Positions 16,129 to 25,876 of a stretch of 64,000 nucleotides of DNA are shown here, piece after piece (the stretch's first letter is position 1; each line of letters opens with the position of its first letter). Under the pieces are notes generated by a model. The model saw only the letters and a program-made list of their open reading frames with translations. It was not told the origin of the DNA and did not search any database. Position numbers and translations under genes: made by a program. Where the stretch lies: assembly GCA_963779415.1 (NCBI GenBank), contig CAVZYA010000002.1:1712050-1776049 (forward strand), in the 5' to 3' direction. The DNA comes from an uncultured Acidobacteriota bacterium (GTDB lineage: Bacteria > Acidobacteriota > Thermoanaerobaculia > UBA5066).

Positions 16129-18519
16129 TCAGCTCTCCCCGACGGCCGCGGCGAGCGACCGGAACTGGAGCAGGTAGAACATCTGAAGGTACCGGGAGGT
16201 CTCCTGCCTTTCGAGGTTGCTCAGGAACTTCCAGAACCCATAGATCCGGGAAAGGGTCATGACGCGCTCGGCGTAGCGTTTCCACGTGTACCGTTCCTCG
16301 ACGCGCTTGAGGGCCGCCGCGGAGATTCGCTCCCACTCGTCCGGCGTCGAGGAGGCCCGCTCGAGAAACGCGGCAATCCTCGCGGCAGAGGCGGGTCCGT
16401 CGGTCGGGTCGATGTGGAACCCAGAGAGCCCGTCCTCGATGATCTCGAGCGGCCCGCCGTAGCGGGTCGCGAAGGTCGGCAGGCCCGAGGCCATCGCCTC
16501 CACGACGGTCAGGCCGAAGGCCTCGAAGAGGGCCGGCTGGACGAAGACGCCGCGGCGATCCGCCACGAACCGGAAGAGCTCGCCCGCGAGGCCCCGTTCG
16601 AGGCGGCGCCCGATCCACCGGACGTCCCGGTCGAGCGCGTGGCGGTCGAAGAGCTCGTGCATCCGGGCGATCTGCTCCTGCTCCTCGCGGTCCGTCGAGG
16701 CTCCGGCGTCCACGTGCCCTCCGACGATCAGGAGGTTCGACGCGCTCCGGAGCGCCTCGGAAGAGCCGTACCACTCCGCGAGGCCGGTGAGATTCTTGAT
16801 CCGGTCCAGGCGCGCCATCGAGAAGACAATCGGCTTCGAAGGGTCCGCGAGGGTGCCGCGGATCGTCGGGTCGGGCGAGTCTCCCAGGACGAGCGACGCA
16901 AGGACGCCCTCCTGGCCCTTGAGCCGGCGTTCGCGGGCCGAAAACGGGAAGTAGACCTCCGCATCGGCTCCCGGCGAGACGACGTTGAACTTCGGATCGT
17001 AGACGTCCACCCCGTTCACGACGCGATAGAGACCGGGCATGGTGAACCACTGGTAGCTCTCGTACTGGCCCACCGACTCCGCGCTGCCGCCGATCTCCTG
17101 GAACGTGCTCGCGATGACGAAATCGGCGGTGTTCATGGCGATCAGGTCCGCCGTGTACTGGCAGGCGGGATGGTAGGCGGCCTCGTTCTGCCTCCAGTAG
17201 AGGTCGAAGAGGAGGTACTTCGTCTTCTCGAGGGCGTGCGCGATGTTGCACTGCGTGACCCCGAGCTTCTGCGAGAGGAGGCTCGCGACGAGATTCCCGT
17301 CCGAGTAGTTTCCAATGACGAGGTCGGGGCGGCCGCCGAGCTCTGCTATCGCCTCGTTCTCGACGTCACGCGCGAAGCGCTCGAGGTAGGGCCAGATCTG
17401 GAAGCGGGAGATCCAGTTGGGAAGGACCTCGCCGTTCCGTCTCCGGAAGGGGACCCTCAGAATGACAGCGCTGCGGCAGCCCGTGATTTTCTCGAGACGC
17501 TCATGGCAGCGCGTCCCGGCCGACTCCGGTATGAGCCGCGTTACGACGACGATCTTCGGCTCGACGGTCACCCCCTGACGCGCGAGGCGCTCGCACATCT
17601 CCCGCTCGAGGGCCCGGACCTGGTCGAGGATGTAGATGACCTGACCGCCGGTATCGGGAAGGCCGAGGACGTTGTCCTGGCCGAAGTACCCGTGCGGCGA
17701 CAGGACGAGGAGCTTCGAGATCATCGGAATCCGCGCGAGGAAGGCCTCGAGGACGACGGGGGACGGGGCCTCGAGGATGTCGACGAGGAGGGACATCGTC
17801 TCGGCGGCGTGTCCCGACGTGTCGCCCCAGCCGGGGGCGAAGCCCATTCGCGTGAGGACCGTCGAGACCTCGGCCCACGGAGTCTCGCTGTCGAGCGTCC
17901 CGAGGTAGACGAGCGCGTCGCGAAGGGCGCGCCGGAGCGCGGCGACGTCCGCGAACCCGGAATGGACGAGAAGTGTCTGGCCGTCGATGGCGTGAAGGCT
18001 GAGGAACCGGAGCAGCCGCTGCCCGGCTTCCTCCGGCCTCTGGAACATCTCGCTCGCCAGCATCCGGTTCAGGAAGGTGGCTCCCCGTCCGACCGAGCGG
18101 CTCTCCTTCAGCTTCGGAAACTCGCGGCTGAAGGGACCGAGGTCGATCTCGAGGACGCGCTCGGTTCCGTCGGGCTGTTCGACGAGCGACTCCTTGAAGC
18201 GGAGGTACTCCTCGAGCGGGATGTCCTCGGGGGAAAGCTGGTCGGCATGGAGCCGGATGAACCGCCAGCGGCCGAGGCCCTCGCGGACCGCGAAGCAGGC
18301 CCACGGGGGCGCGAACGCTCCTTCCTGGGCCTTCCTCACGAACCGGGCCAGGGCGGAGCCCGGCAGGACGGCGGCCGAGGCCTCCGCGGCGAGCCCGTCG
18401 AGCCCGCGCCGGAGATCCGACTGGAGGAGGAAGGGCCGGCCGGCGGCGAAGTAGACCTGGAGGAGCGAGTAGACGATTCCGCGGTTCTCGTGGGCGTACT
18501 GGGCGAGATCCTCAGGCAT
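16129..18519 (-). CDS. Sucrose synthase (GT4)
   Basis: SPHGYFGQDNVLGLPDTGGQVIYILDQVRALE, IGNYSDGNLVA, IAHALEKTKY, MARLDRIKN, FEAFGLTVVEAM. Confidence 0.95.
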   Translation of the reverse strand: MPEDLAQYAHENRGIVYSLLQVYFAAGRPFLLQSDLRRGLDGLAAEASAAVLPGSALARFVRKAQEGAFAPPWACFAVREGLGRWRFIRLHADQLSPEDIPLEEYLRFKESLVEQPDGTERVLEIDLGPFSREFPKLKESRSVGRGATFLNRMLASEMFQRPEEAGQRLLRFLSLHAIDGQTLLVHSGFADVAALRRALRDALVYLGTLDSETPWAEVSTVLTRMGFAPGWGDTSGHAAETMSLLVDILEAPSPVVLEAFLARIPMISKLLVLSPHGYFGQDNVLGLPDTGGQVIYILDQVRALEREMCERLARQGVTVEPKIVVVTRLIPESAGTRCHERLEKITGCRSAVILRVPFRRRNGEVLPNWISRFQIWPYLERFARDVENEAIAELGGRPDLVIGNYSDGNLVASLLSQKLGVTQCNIAHALEKTKYLLFDLYWRQNEAAYHPACQYTADLIAMNTADFVIASTFQEIGGSAESVGQYESYQWFTMPGLYRVVNGVDVYDPKFNVVSPGADAEVYFPFSARERRLKGQEGVLASLVLGDSPDPTIRGTLADPSKPIVFSMARLDRIKNLTGLAEWYGSSEALRSASNLLIVGGHVDAGASTDREEQEQIARMHELFDRHALDRDVRWIGRRLERGLAGELFRFVADRRGVFVQPALFEAFGLTVVEAMASGLPTFATRYGGPLEIIEDGLSGFHIDPTDGPASAARIAAFLERASSTPDEWERISAAALKRVEERYTWKRYAERVMTLSRIYGFWKFLSNLERQETSRYLQMFYLLQFRSLAAAVGES

Positions 18520-20692
18520 GCGCCGCCTCCGGCTCCGCCCTGAGGCCGCCCCGCGAGGCGAATCCGTAATGACGAATCCCTTCGAGGATGCCGCGGGCGG
18601 ACGGCGCCGCCGCGAAGTAGATCTGGTCGAGCCCGCGGAGCGGTTCCACCTCCGGGCTGTGGTTCCCGACGACGATGCCGAGCGTGTCGCCGAGGAGCAT
18701 CTCGACGTCGTTCCCCGAGTCTCCGGCGACGAGGAAGTGCGCGAGCGGAAGCCGCTGGCGGAACGCGAGGTAGCGGATCGCGAGGCCCTTCGAGGCGCGG
18801 GCCGGAAGGACGTCGAGATACTCGCCGTGCGAGGAGATGAGTCGCGCGTGGAGCCCGCTCGCGTGAAGACGACGGGAGATCTCCTCCACGGGAGGCGCCG
18901 CCCCGGAGTCGACGTCGAAGCTCAGCTTGAACTCCCCCTGCTTGTTCTGGGGCTGCCGGGTGAGGCCGGGGATGGACGCGAGCGACCTCTCGATGGCGTC
19001 CGGCCGCCACCCGTGCCGGATGTGCCGGGACCAGTCCTCGTCCCGCCGCAGTTCCGTCCCCCATGTGACCTCGCTGCCGACTCCCGTCACAAGGACGTCC
19101 GGCACGGGAACCTCCCATTCCGAGAGGACGTCGAGGGCGCGGGGGAGGACGCGTCCGGTCGCGACCCCGAAGCCGACTCGCGGGCGGTTTCTCTTCAGCC
19201 AGCGCAGGAGGACGAGCAGCCCTTCGCGGTCGCCGAGGAGGGTGTTGTCGATGTCGCTCACGAGGAAGAACTCCACCGGGCGCATCGGGGGCCCTGCGGC
19301 CCCGCTCGTGACGGCGAAGGTCCGCCGGACGCTCTTTCGCTCCCGCCGGCGAATGTGGTTCACGGCCTTGAGATAGCTCTTCACGTGGGCGTCCCACGTG
19401 TAATGGCGGCGGACTCCCGCGAGCCCGCTGCGCGCCCAGGTCCTCCATCGTTCGTCGTCGGCGAGGGCGGCCGTCAGCGCCGCCGCGATCGCGAAGGGAT
19501 CGAGGGGATCGATGAGGAGGCCGTTGCGGCAGTTCTCGAGGATGTCGCGCGGGCCGCCGTCCTCGGTCGCGATTACCGGAAGACCGCATGCGGCCGCCTC
19601 GAGGAGCGTCAGGCCGAAGGGCTCGGTCAGGGCCGGGTTGATGAAGACGCCGCGCCGCCGTGCCGCGAGCCGGTAGAACGCGGGGACGTCTTCCGGCCGG
19701 TGCTTTTTCGGAATGGCGACGCGGCCCCAGAGATCGTAGCGGTCGATGTCGAGGAGCAGGTCGGTGTAGACGCGCTGCTCGGCCTCTTCGAGCGCGCGAA
19801 TGTCTTCCCGGTTTCCGGCCACGATCGCGAGGTTGGCCTTTTCCTGGAGCGCCGGGTCCTCGCCGTAGGCGACCAGGAGGCGGTGAAGATTCTTCCGCTC
19901 CGCAGGCCGGCAGATGGTCAGGATCAGGGGCTTGAGAGGCTTGCGGAGGAACGGCTCCAGGAGCGCCGCTGACTGCTCGTCCCGCTCCTGACGCCAGGGG
20001 GCGAACCGGGAGGTGTCGGTCCCGGGGGGGATCACGAGGCTCCGGTGGAGGTCGAAATTCTCGTACCGGGCCCATTGCTCGGTGACTTCCTGACGCGTGC
20101 TCGCGACGACGAGGGACGCGTGCGCCAGCGCCGCCTCCTCCGCCGCGATCCGAGGGGAGAAGTTGAACTGGCGCTCGAGGGAGGACTCCTTCCGCCCGGC
20201 CGCTAGAAGCCGCTCCTTCTTGACCCGTCCGAGGGAATGGCCCGTGAGGATCTGCGGTACGCCGAGAGATTCCGACAGGAGACGGCCGGCGTATGCGGCG
20301 TCGGCGTAGTGCGAGTGGATGACGTCCGGAAGGTCGCCATGCTCGCGGAAGTACTGAAGGCAACGGTCCACGAGCGTGTCGAGATGGCTCCAGAAGAGCT
20401 CCTTCCGGATGTAGCGGCGCGGCCCGAACGGAATCCGGAGAATCCGGACGTTCCGTCCGAGCGGCTCCTCCGGAACGGCGTAGTCTGGGGCGACGCCGTC
20501 GTCCTCGATGAGCCGGGTCACCAGATCGACGCGTCGAACGCCGGGGTGGCGGCCGAGCGCGCGGGCGAGCTCGAGGACATAGAGGACCTGTCCGCCGGTG
20601 TCGGCGTCGCGTCCAAGCTCCGGGCTCTCGCCACGCACCAGGCCGTGCGGGCTGAGCATCAGGATGTAAAGGGGCCGATCGGGGGCCTTCAC
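18512..20692 (-). CDS. Bidomain sucrose-phosphate synthase/phosphatase (GT4 + HAD)
   Basis: HGLVRG..PELGRDADTGGQVLYV, HSHYADA, TGHSLG, EPFGLTLLEAAA; C-terminal HAD with intact SDIDNT and GDSGND. Confidence 0.95.
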   Translation of the reverse strand: MKAPDRPLYILMLSPHGLVRGESPELGRDADTGGQVLYVLELARALGRHPGVRRVDLVTRLIEDDGVAPDYAVPEEPLGRNVRILRIPFGPRRYIRKELFWSHLDTLVDRCLQYFREHGDLPDVIHSHYADAAYAGRLLSESLGVPQILTGHSLGRVKKERLLAAGRKESSLERQFNFSPRIAAEEAALAHASLVVASTRQEVTEQWARYENFDLHRSLVIPPGTDTSRFAPWRQERDEQSAALLEPFLRKPLKPLILTICRPAERKNLHRLLVAYGEDPALQEKANLAIVAGNREDIRALEEAEQRVYTDLLLDIDRYDLWGRVAIPKKHRPEDVPAFYRLAARRRGVFINPALTEPFGLTLLEAAACGLPVIATEDGGPRDILENCRNGLLIDPLDPFAIAAALTAALADDERWRTWARSGLAGVRRHYTWDAHVKSYLKAVNHIRRRERKSVRRTFAVTSGAAGPPMRPVEFFLVSDIDNTLLGDREGLLVLLRWLKRNRPRVGFGVATGRVLPRALDVLSEWEVPVPDVLVTGVGSEVTWGTELRRDEDWSRHIRHGWRPDAIERSLASIPGLTRQPQNKQGEFKLSFDVDSGAAPPVEEISRRLHASGLHARLISSHGEYLDVLPARASKGLAIRYLAFRQRLPLAHFLVAGDSGNDVEMLLGDTLGIVVGNHSPEVEPLRGLDQIYFAAAPSARGILEGIRHYGFASRGGLRAEPEAAHA

Positions 20693-21597
20693 GGGCTCCC
20701 CCCGTCTTCCCAGGCCTTGAGGAACTTCCCGTAGAACGAAAGGCGGCGCGGGAGCGCGCCCCGGAGCCGGCAGACCGCGCGAGCCAGGACATCCGCGCGG
20801 CGGAGGGTCACCTCCGGGGCCCAGCCCCGAAGGGAGCCCAGGATCATTGCGGCCGAGAAGGCGTCTCCGGCGCCGACGGTGTCGACGATGCGCAGCGTCT
20901 TTCGGGAAGGCCGCACGGCGGTCTCTCTTCCGCCCCCGTTCCGAAAGACGGCTCCTTCGGCTCCGCGAGTCACGACCACCGTGGAGAGGCCGAAGCGCGC
21001 CGCGAGGCTGTCGCGGAATCCACGGCCGGAAGTCGCCATCCCGAGGAGGCTCGCGATCTCCCCCGACTCGGTCTCGTTCATCTTCGCGACGTCGGCAAGC
21101 CGGAACGATCGTTCGACGACGTCCCGGTCGAACCAGGGGGCGCGCAGGTTCACGTCGAGGAACCGGTTCCCCGGAAGAGCCTCGAGGAGCGCCTCGAGGG
21201 CCCTCCGCGAGGGGCCCTGCCGCTGGGCGAGCGTACCGAAATAGACGACTCGTGGAGACAGCCTTTTCGTCGCCGCCAGCGCCGCGTCCCGGTCCACGTA
21301 ATCGAAAGCCTGACGGGCGGGGATCTCGAAGGACGGCCCCTCGTCCGTATCGCGGACCGCCACGCGGCCGGTGGGCCGCTCCGTGTCCCGCTGGACACCG
21401 CGCGTCACGAGGCCGCGCTCCGAGAAGGCGCGAAGGAGCCTTCGGCCGTCCTCGTCCGTTCCGATCCGGGTCACGAGGAACGGAGAGACGCCGAACGCGC
21501 GGAGGTGGCACGCGACGTTGAACGGCGCGCCGCCGGGGACGCGGGCACCGGGGATCTCGTCCACGAGAGCCTCGCCGAAGAGGAGGGTGTCGAACAC
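20689..21597 (-). CDS. PfkB-family fructokinase
   Basis: FGEALVD, PGGAPFNVA, FLDVNLR, KMNETE, VDTVGAGDAF; first gene of the sucrose operon. Confidence 0.9.
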   Translation of the reverse strand: MFDTLLFGEALVDEIPGARVPGGAPFNVACHLRAFGVSPFLVTRIGTDEDGRRLLRAFSERGLVTRGVQRDTERPTGRVAVRDTDEGPSFEIPARQAFDYVDRDAALAATKRLSPRVVYFGTLAQRQGPSRRALEALLEALPGNRFLDVNLRAPWFDRDVVERSFRLADVAKMNETESGEIASLLGMATSGRGFRDSLAARFGLSTVVVTRGAEGAVFRNGGGRETAVRPSRKTLRIVDTVGAGDAFSAAMILGSLRGWAPEVTLRRADVLARAVCRLRGALPRRLSFYGKFLKAWEDGGSP

Positions 21598-21752
21598 GCC
21601 GCTACCGCAGCCTCCCGTTCCTCCCTACGACGGCGACGGCTCCGGCGTTTGCCACCTGCGCGGGAAAAGGAAGCGCGAAGTGACCGCCGTCACGAGATTC
21701 TCCCGACCGACCGAGCAGCTCACCGGCGGGCCGCCGGCGGCTTGATCTCCCC

Positions 21753-21781
21753 TTGACGCCGCGATGGCGGGGCGATACGAA
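21753..21781 (+). promoter_or_regulatory. Putative promoter TTGACG-N17-TACGAA
   Basis: TTGACG 21753-21758, TACGAA 21776-21781; same hexamers and spacing as upstream of aceK. Confidence 0.55.
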
Positions 21782-21792
21782 CGGGGACGGAG

Positions 21793-22560
21793 ATGGAGAT
21801 CTCCGTCCTCTTCACGGACCTCGACGGCACGCTTCTGGACACGGGCGGCCGGCTGGGGGCACGGGCGGAGAAGACCCTCGCACGGCTCCGCGCCCTCGGC
21901 GTTCCCGTCGTCCCGATGACGAGCAAGTCGGAGAGGGAGCTGCGGGCATGGCTCGAGATCCTCGAAGCGGGGGGTGTGGGTGTCTTCGAAAACGGCGCGG
22001 GGCTCGTGACGCCGGAGGGTGTCGAGATCCTGCCGTCCGCCGTTCCGGTCGCCCGTCTCCGGGGAATCCTCGACCGCGTCGCACGTCGGAGTGGTATTCG
22101 GGTGGTTCCATTGGACGAGCTGACGGACGCGTCGCTCCAGGCGCTGACCGGCCTGTCGGCCGACGCCGTGACACATGCCCGGTGCCGCGCGTGGGATCTA
22201 CCGTTCCTCGCGCCCGAAGGGGGGGATGATGCGCTCGAGGAGGAGCTCGGAAGGCTCGAGAACGTCCGCCTCGTTCGCGGCGGCATCTTCTGGCACCTCT
22301 GCGGCCGGCACGACAAGGCCGACGCCGTAACGCGCCTCCGTGAGCTGTTCGGGCGGCCGGGGCGTGCCGTGGGGCTGGGCGACGCTCCGAACGACGCCGG
22401 GTTCCTTGCCGCCGTGGACGTACCCGTCGTCGTCCCCGGCGAAACCGGACCCGAGGCGCGACTCATGGCGGCATTGCCGGGAGTCCGGGTCGCCCCGACG
22501 CCGGGCGGCGCCGGATGGGCGGCGGCCGTGGACGCCCTTCTCGAGGAGAGGGCCCCGTGA
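21793..22560 (+). CDS. Glucosyl/mannosyl-3-phosphoglycerate phosphatase (HAD IIB, GpgP/MpgP-like)
   Basis: FTDLDGTLLD, TSKSERE, FENGAG, RGGIFWH, LGDAPND. Confidence 0.85.
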   Translation: MEISVLFTDLDGTLLDTGGRLGARAEKTLARLRALGVPVVPMTSKSERELRAWLEILEAGGVGVFENGAGLVTPEGVEILPSAVPVARLRGILDRVARRSGIRVVPLDELTDASLQALTGLSADAVTHARCRAWDLPFLAPEGGDDALEEELGRLENVRLVRGGIFWHLCGRHDKADAVTRLRELFGRPGRAVGLGDAPNDAGFLAAVDVPVVVPGETGPEARLMAALPGVRVAPTPGGAGWAAAVDALLEERAP

Positions 22561-23826
22561 CGGATCTTCCCTCTCTTGACGCGTCCCTCTCGGAGCGGCT
22601 GAAGCGGATCGGGCGGACGGACGTCCTCGTCGGCATTCCCTCCTTCAACAATGAGCGGACGATCGGGCACGTCGTCCGCGCCGTCGTGGCGGGGCTCGCC
22701 AAGCACTTCCCGGCCGCGCGGGCCGTCCTTGTGAACAGCGACGGGGGGTCCACCGACCGGACGCGCGAGATCGTCGAGCGGACCGAGCCGGGGGCCCTGA
22801 CGGAGATCCTCGTGGACGCGGCGCCGCCGCCGGCCGACCGGATCGTGACGCCTTACGTGGGCCTGCCGGGGAAGGGAAGCGCCCTCCGAACCATCTTCCG
22901 GATAGCGGCCGAGCTGGACGCCAAGGCCTGCTGCGTCGTCGACAGCGATCTCCGGAGCATCACCCCCGGCTGGATCGAGCTGCTCCTGTCGCCGGTCTTT
23001 CGCCACGGGTACGAGTTCGTCTCGCCCCTCTATTCCCGCCACCGGTACGACGGCACGATCACGAACACGATCGTCTATCCTCTGACGCGGGCGCTCTACG
23101 GCAAGCGGATCCGCCAGCCGATCGGGGGCGACTTCGGCTTCTCCGGCACGCTCGCGGCCCGCTTTCTCGAGTACGACCGCTGGGAGGGGCCGGTGGCCCG
23201 TTACGGCATCGACATCTTCATGACGACGACGGCCCTCGCGGAAGGGCGGAAGGCCTGCCAGGCTTTTCTCGGCGCGAAGCTGCACGACCCGAAGGACCCC
23301 GGCGCCGATCTCCAGCCGATGATGGTCGAGGTCGTCTCGACACTCTTCGAGCTGATGGAGCGCTACGAGAAGGTCTGGGAGGGAGTCTCGGGCTCCGAGG
23401 AGGTCCCGCTCTTCGGCTTCTCGCACGCCGTCGGGCTGGACCCGGTTCCGGTCAAGGTGGACCGCCTCGCCGCGATCTTCCGGCAGGCCGCCGGCGATCT
23501 GCCGCCCGTCTGGGAGGGCTTCCTCTCTCCCGCGTCGATCGCCGCCATTGGCGATGCGGCCGCCGCCCCGACGCCCGCGCTCGCCGACGAGGCCTGGGTG
23601 CGGATCCTGTTCGAGGCGGTCGCCGGCTGGCGCGCGCGGAGTCTTCCGCGGGAGACCCTCATCCTGTCGCTGGTTCCCCTCTATCTCGGGAAGGTCGCAA
23701 CGTTCGTCGCGGAGACCCGGGACGGGACGGACGAGGAGGCGGAGGGGCGGCTCGGCGCTCTGGCCGGCCGTCTTCGAGCGGGACAAGAACGTGCTCCGGG
23801 ACCTGTGGCGGGCGGGGGCCCGCTGA
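22557..23826 (+). CDS. Glucosylglycerate synthase (Ggs)-like glycosyltransferase (frameshift near 23760)
   Basis: VGIPSFNNERTIGHV, GKGSALR, VVDSDLRSITPGW, RHRYDGTITN, RIRQPIGGDFG, YGIDIFMTT, KLHDPKDPG; C-terminal end in ORF 23548..23826. Confidence 0.75.
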
Positions 23827-23842
23827 GCAAGGGAGGTCAGCG

Positions 23843-24540
23843 ATGGGACATCTTCAGCAGGACATCTCGAACGCGTTCGCGAGGCTCGCGGACGCCTTCG
23901 TCTCGGTCATCCCGGCCCTCCTCGTCCTTCTGGCCGTCGCTTCTCGTCGGGGCGCTGGTCGGCGTCCTCCTTCGCGCCCTTCTGGGCTTCGTCTCGCGTC
24001 TGGCCCTCCGGGGCCGCAGCGACCCGGGCAGCCTGCCCGACCGGTTCCTGCGGGCCGCGGGGCTCGAAGCCGGCTTCGAGCGGGTCGCAAGGGCCGTTTC
24101 GTTCTGGGTCGGCGTCGCCGTCGTCCTCGCCGTCGGCGTCAACGCGCTGGAGCCGGGTGCCCTCCGGGACGTCCTGAGCGAGATCGTCGGGTTCCTTCCG
24201 CGCCTTCTCGCCGCCGGGCTGATCTTCCTCGTCGGGCTCGGCGTCGCCGCAGTCGCCCGCCGGAGTGTCCTTCTCGGCGCGGTGAACGCCGGGCTCCCCT
24301 GGGCCCGGGCCGGCGCCCGCGGCGTCCATCTCGTGGTTCTCGCGTTCTTCGTGGCGATGGCGCTCGACCATCTCGGCGTGGCGAGCAGCGATTCTCGTCG
24401 CCGCCTTCTCGATCGCGGGGGGCGGCCTCGTCTTCGCTCTCGCCCTCGCGTTCGGCCTCGGCGCCCGGGACGCCGCGCGACGGTACATCGAGAAGAAGCT
24501 TCGGGCCGAAGAGGAGGACACGGGCATCCGGCACGTCTGA
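23843..24540 (+). CDS. TM-helix protein of the small-conductance mechanosensitive channel/CmpX type (two frameshifts)
   Basis: FVSVIPALLVLL...FLPRLLAAGLIF...FVAMALDHLGVA...AAFSIAGGGLVFALALAFGLGARDAA pieced across frames; GGAGG RBS. Confidence 0.65.
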
Positions 24541-24547
24541 GGCGTCC

Positions 24548-25768
24548 TCAGGCGTTCAGGATGCCTTTGTCGGCCTCCACGGACTCGAGAAGGAGGTCTC
24601 CGGCGTCGGGCACGGCGGAAAGAACGCGCGCCCAGTTCGGGATGAGGGGCGCGCCCAGAGGGTCCTGAAGGAACTGCTCGGCGCCGGCCTTCAGGGCCTT
24701 CGCAAAGGTGGCCACGGCCCTCTCCTCCTCGTGCCGGGGGAAGGCGAGCCCGTTCACTTTTGCGAGAGCGTAATAGCTGTTCACGGCGTCCTCGGCCCGA
24801 CGCTGGTACGAGGCGAGGAGCGATTTGAGCGCCCCCTCGGACAGGACGACGTCGGCCGCCGCGAGCGTCCGGAGGAGGTGCTTGGCGATGTCGCCGGCCA
24901 TCCGGTTCAGGCCGGCCGCGGGATCGTCGGGCGAGAGGGCCTGGTGCTTGTGGTCGTACTTGTCGGCGAGGTCGGCCTGGCAGATACGGCCGGGGGAGAG
25001 GTGTCGGAAGACCTCGGAGAGGACGCCGATCTCCAAGCCCCAGTCCGAGGGGACGCGGACCTGCCGGGCGAGGTCGGCCGAGAGGGCGAACTCGCCCGCC
25101 AGCGGATAGCGGAACGAGAGAAGGAACTCGAGGTAGGGGTGCTGTCCGAGGAGCGCCTTGAGGGAGGCGAGAAGCGGTCCGACGAAGAGGCGGGCCACGC
25201 GGCCGTTCAGCCGGTCGGTGAAGCGGGCGTAGAAGCCCTTGCAGAACTCGAAATCGAGCAGCGGGTCGGCGACCGGCTTCAGAAGGCGCGCCAGCATCGC
25301 GCGGTCGTAGTCGAGGACGTCGCCGTCATGGAGGGCGATGTACTCGACGTTTCCCTGCGCGAGGAGGTAGCCGAAGGCCAGCCAGCAGGCCCTCCCCTTT
25401 CCCCGCTCGCCGAGGGCCAGGTCGTTTTCCTCCAGCTTCCGAAGCAGGGCGCAGACGCCGGGGCTATCGTTCCAGAGGACGACCGTCCGCCGGCTCAGCC
25501 GGCGGAAGTACTCCAGCGCCCGTCGGTACCCCTCTTCGTCGGCGCGGTCGAGGGAAATCAGGACCGTGTCGAGATAGGGTGCCTTCGCCACCTCGTCGCA
25601 GATCTGGGCGAGGGCGGGCCGGTCCAGCTCCGTGATCAGGCACGGAATCAGGAGGGCCGCGCGGTTTCGCTTCGTATGCCTCGTGATGGCTTCCTCCATC
25701 TCCACGAGAGGTCGCGAGCCGAGCCGCGTGAGCGTCGTGATCGACCCGATCTGGTGGAAGTCGCTCAT
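24548..25768 (-). CDS. Glucosyl-3-phosphoglycerate synthase (GpgS-like)
   Basis: MSDFHQIGSITTL, GKGRACW, LHDGD, FCKGFYAR, GRVARLFV, FRYPLAGEF, DWGLEIG, YDHKHQ. Confidence 0.85.
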   Translation of the reverse strand: MSDFHQIGSITTLTRLGSRPLVEMEEAITRHTKRNRAALLIPCLITELDRPALAQICDEVAKAPYLDTVLISLDRADEEGYRRALEYFRRLSRRTVVLWNDSPGVCALLRKLEENDLALGERGKGRACWLAFGYLLAQGNVEYIALHDGDVLDYDRAMLARLLKPVADPLLDFEFCKGFYARFTDRLNGRVARLFVGPLLASLKALLGQHPYLEFLLSFRYPLAGEFALSADLARQVRVPSDWGLEIGVLSEVFRHLSPGRICQADLADKYDHKHQALSPDDPAAGLNRMAGDIAKHLLRTLAAADVVLSEGALKSLLASYQRRAEDAVNSYYALAKVNGLAFPRHEEERAVATFAKALKAGAEQFLQDPLGAPLIPNWARVLSAVPDAGDLLLESVEADKGILNA

Positions 25769-25839
25769 GAAACACATTTTCCTCCTGTCCGCCGCGCCTT
25801 GCGAAGGGGGGTCCCGCCGCCGGCGTCCGGACCGGCCGC

Positions 25840-25868
25840 TTGACGCCGCCGCGACGCGGGGTTACGAA
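25840..25868 (+). promoter_or_regulatory. Putative promoter TTGACG-N17-TACGAA
   Basis: TTGACG 25840-25845, TACGAA 25863-25868, followed by GGAGGAG and ATG 25877. Confidence 0.55.
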
Positions 25869-25876
25869 GGGAGGAG

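Noticed and set aside
22515-24668. Apparent glycosyltransferase-membrane protein fusion (717 aa)
   Set aside because: The GT C-terminus and the TM protein N-terminus, with its own RBS, are in other frames; frameshift artefact.
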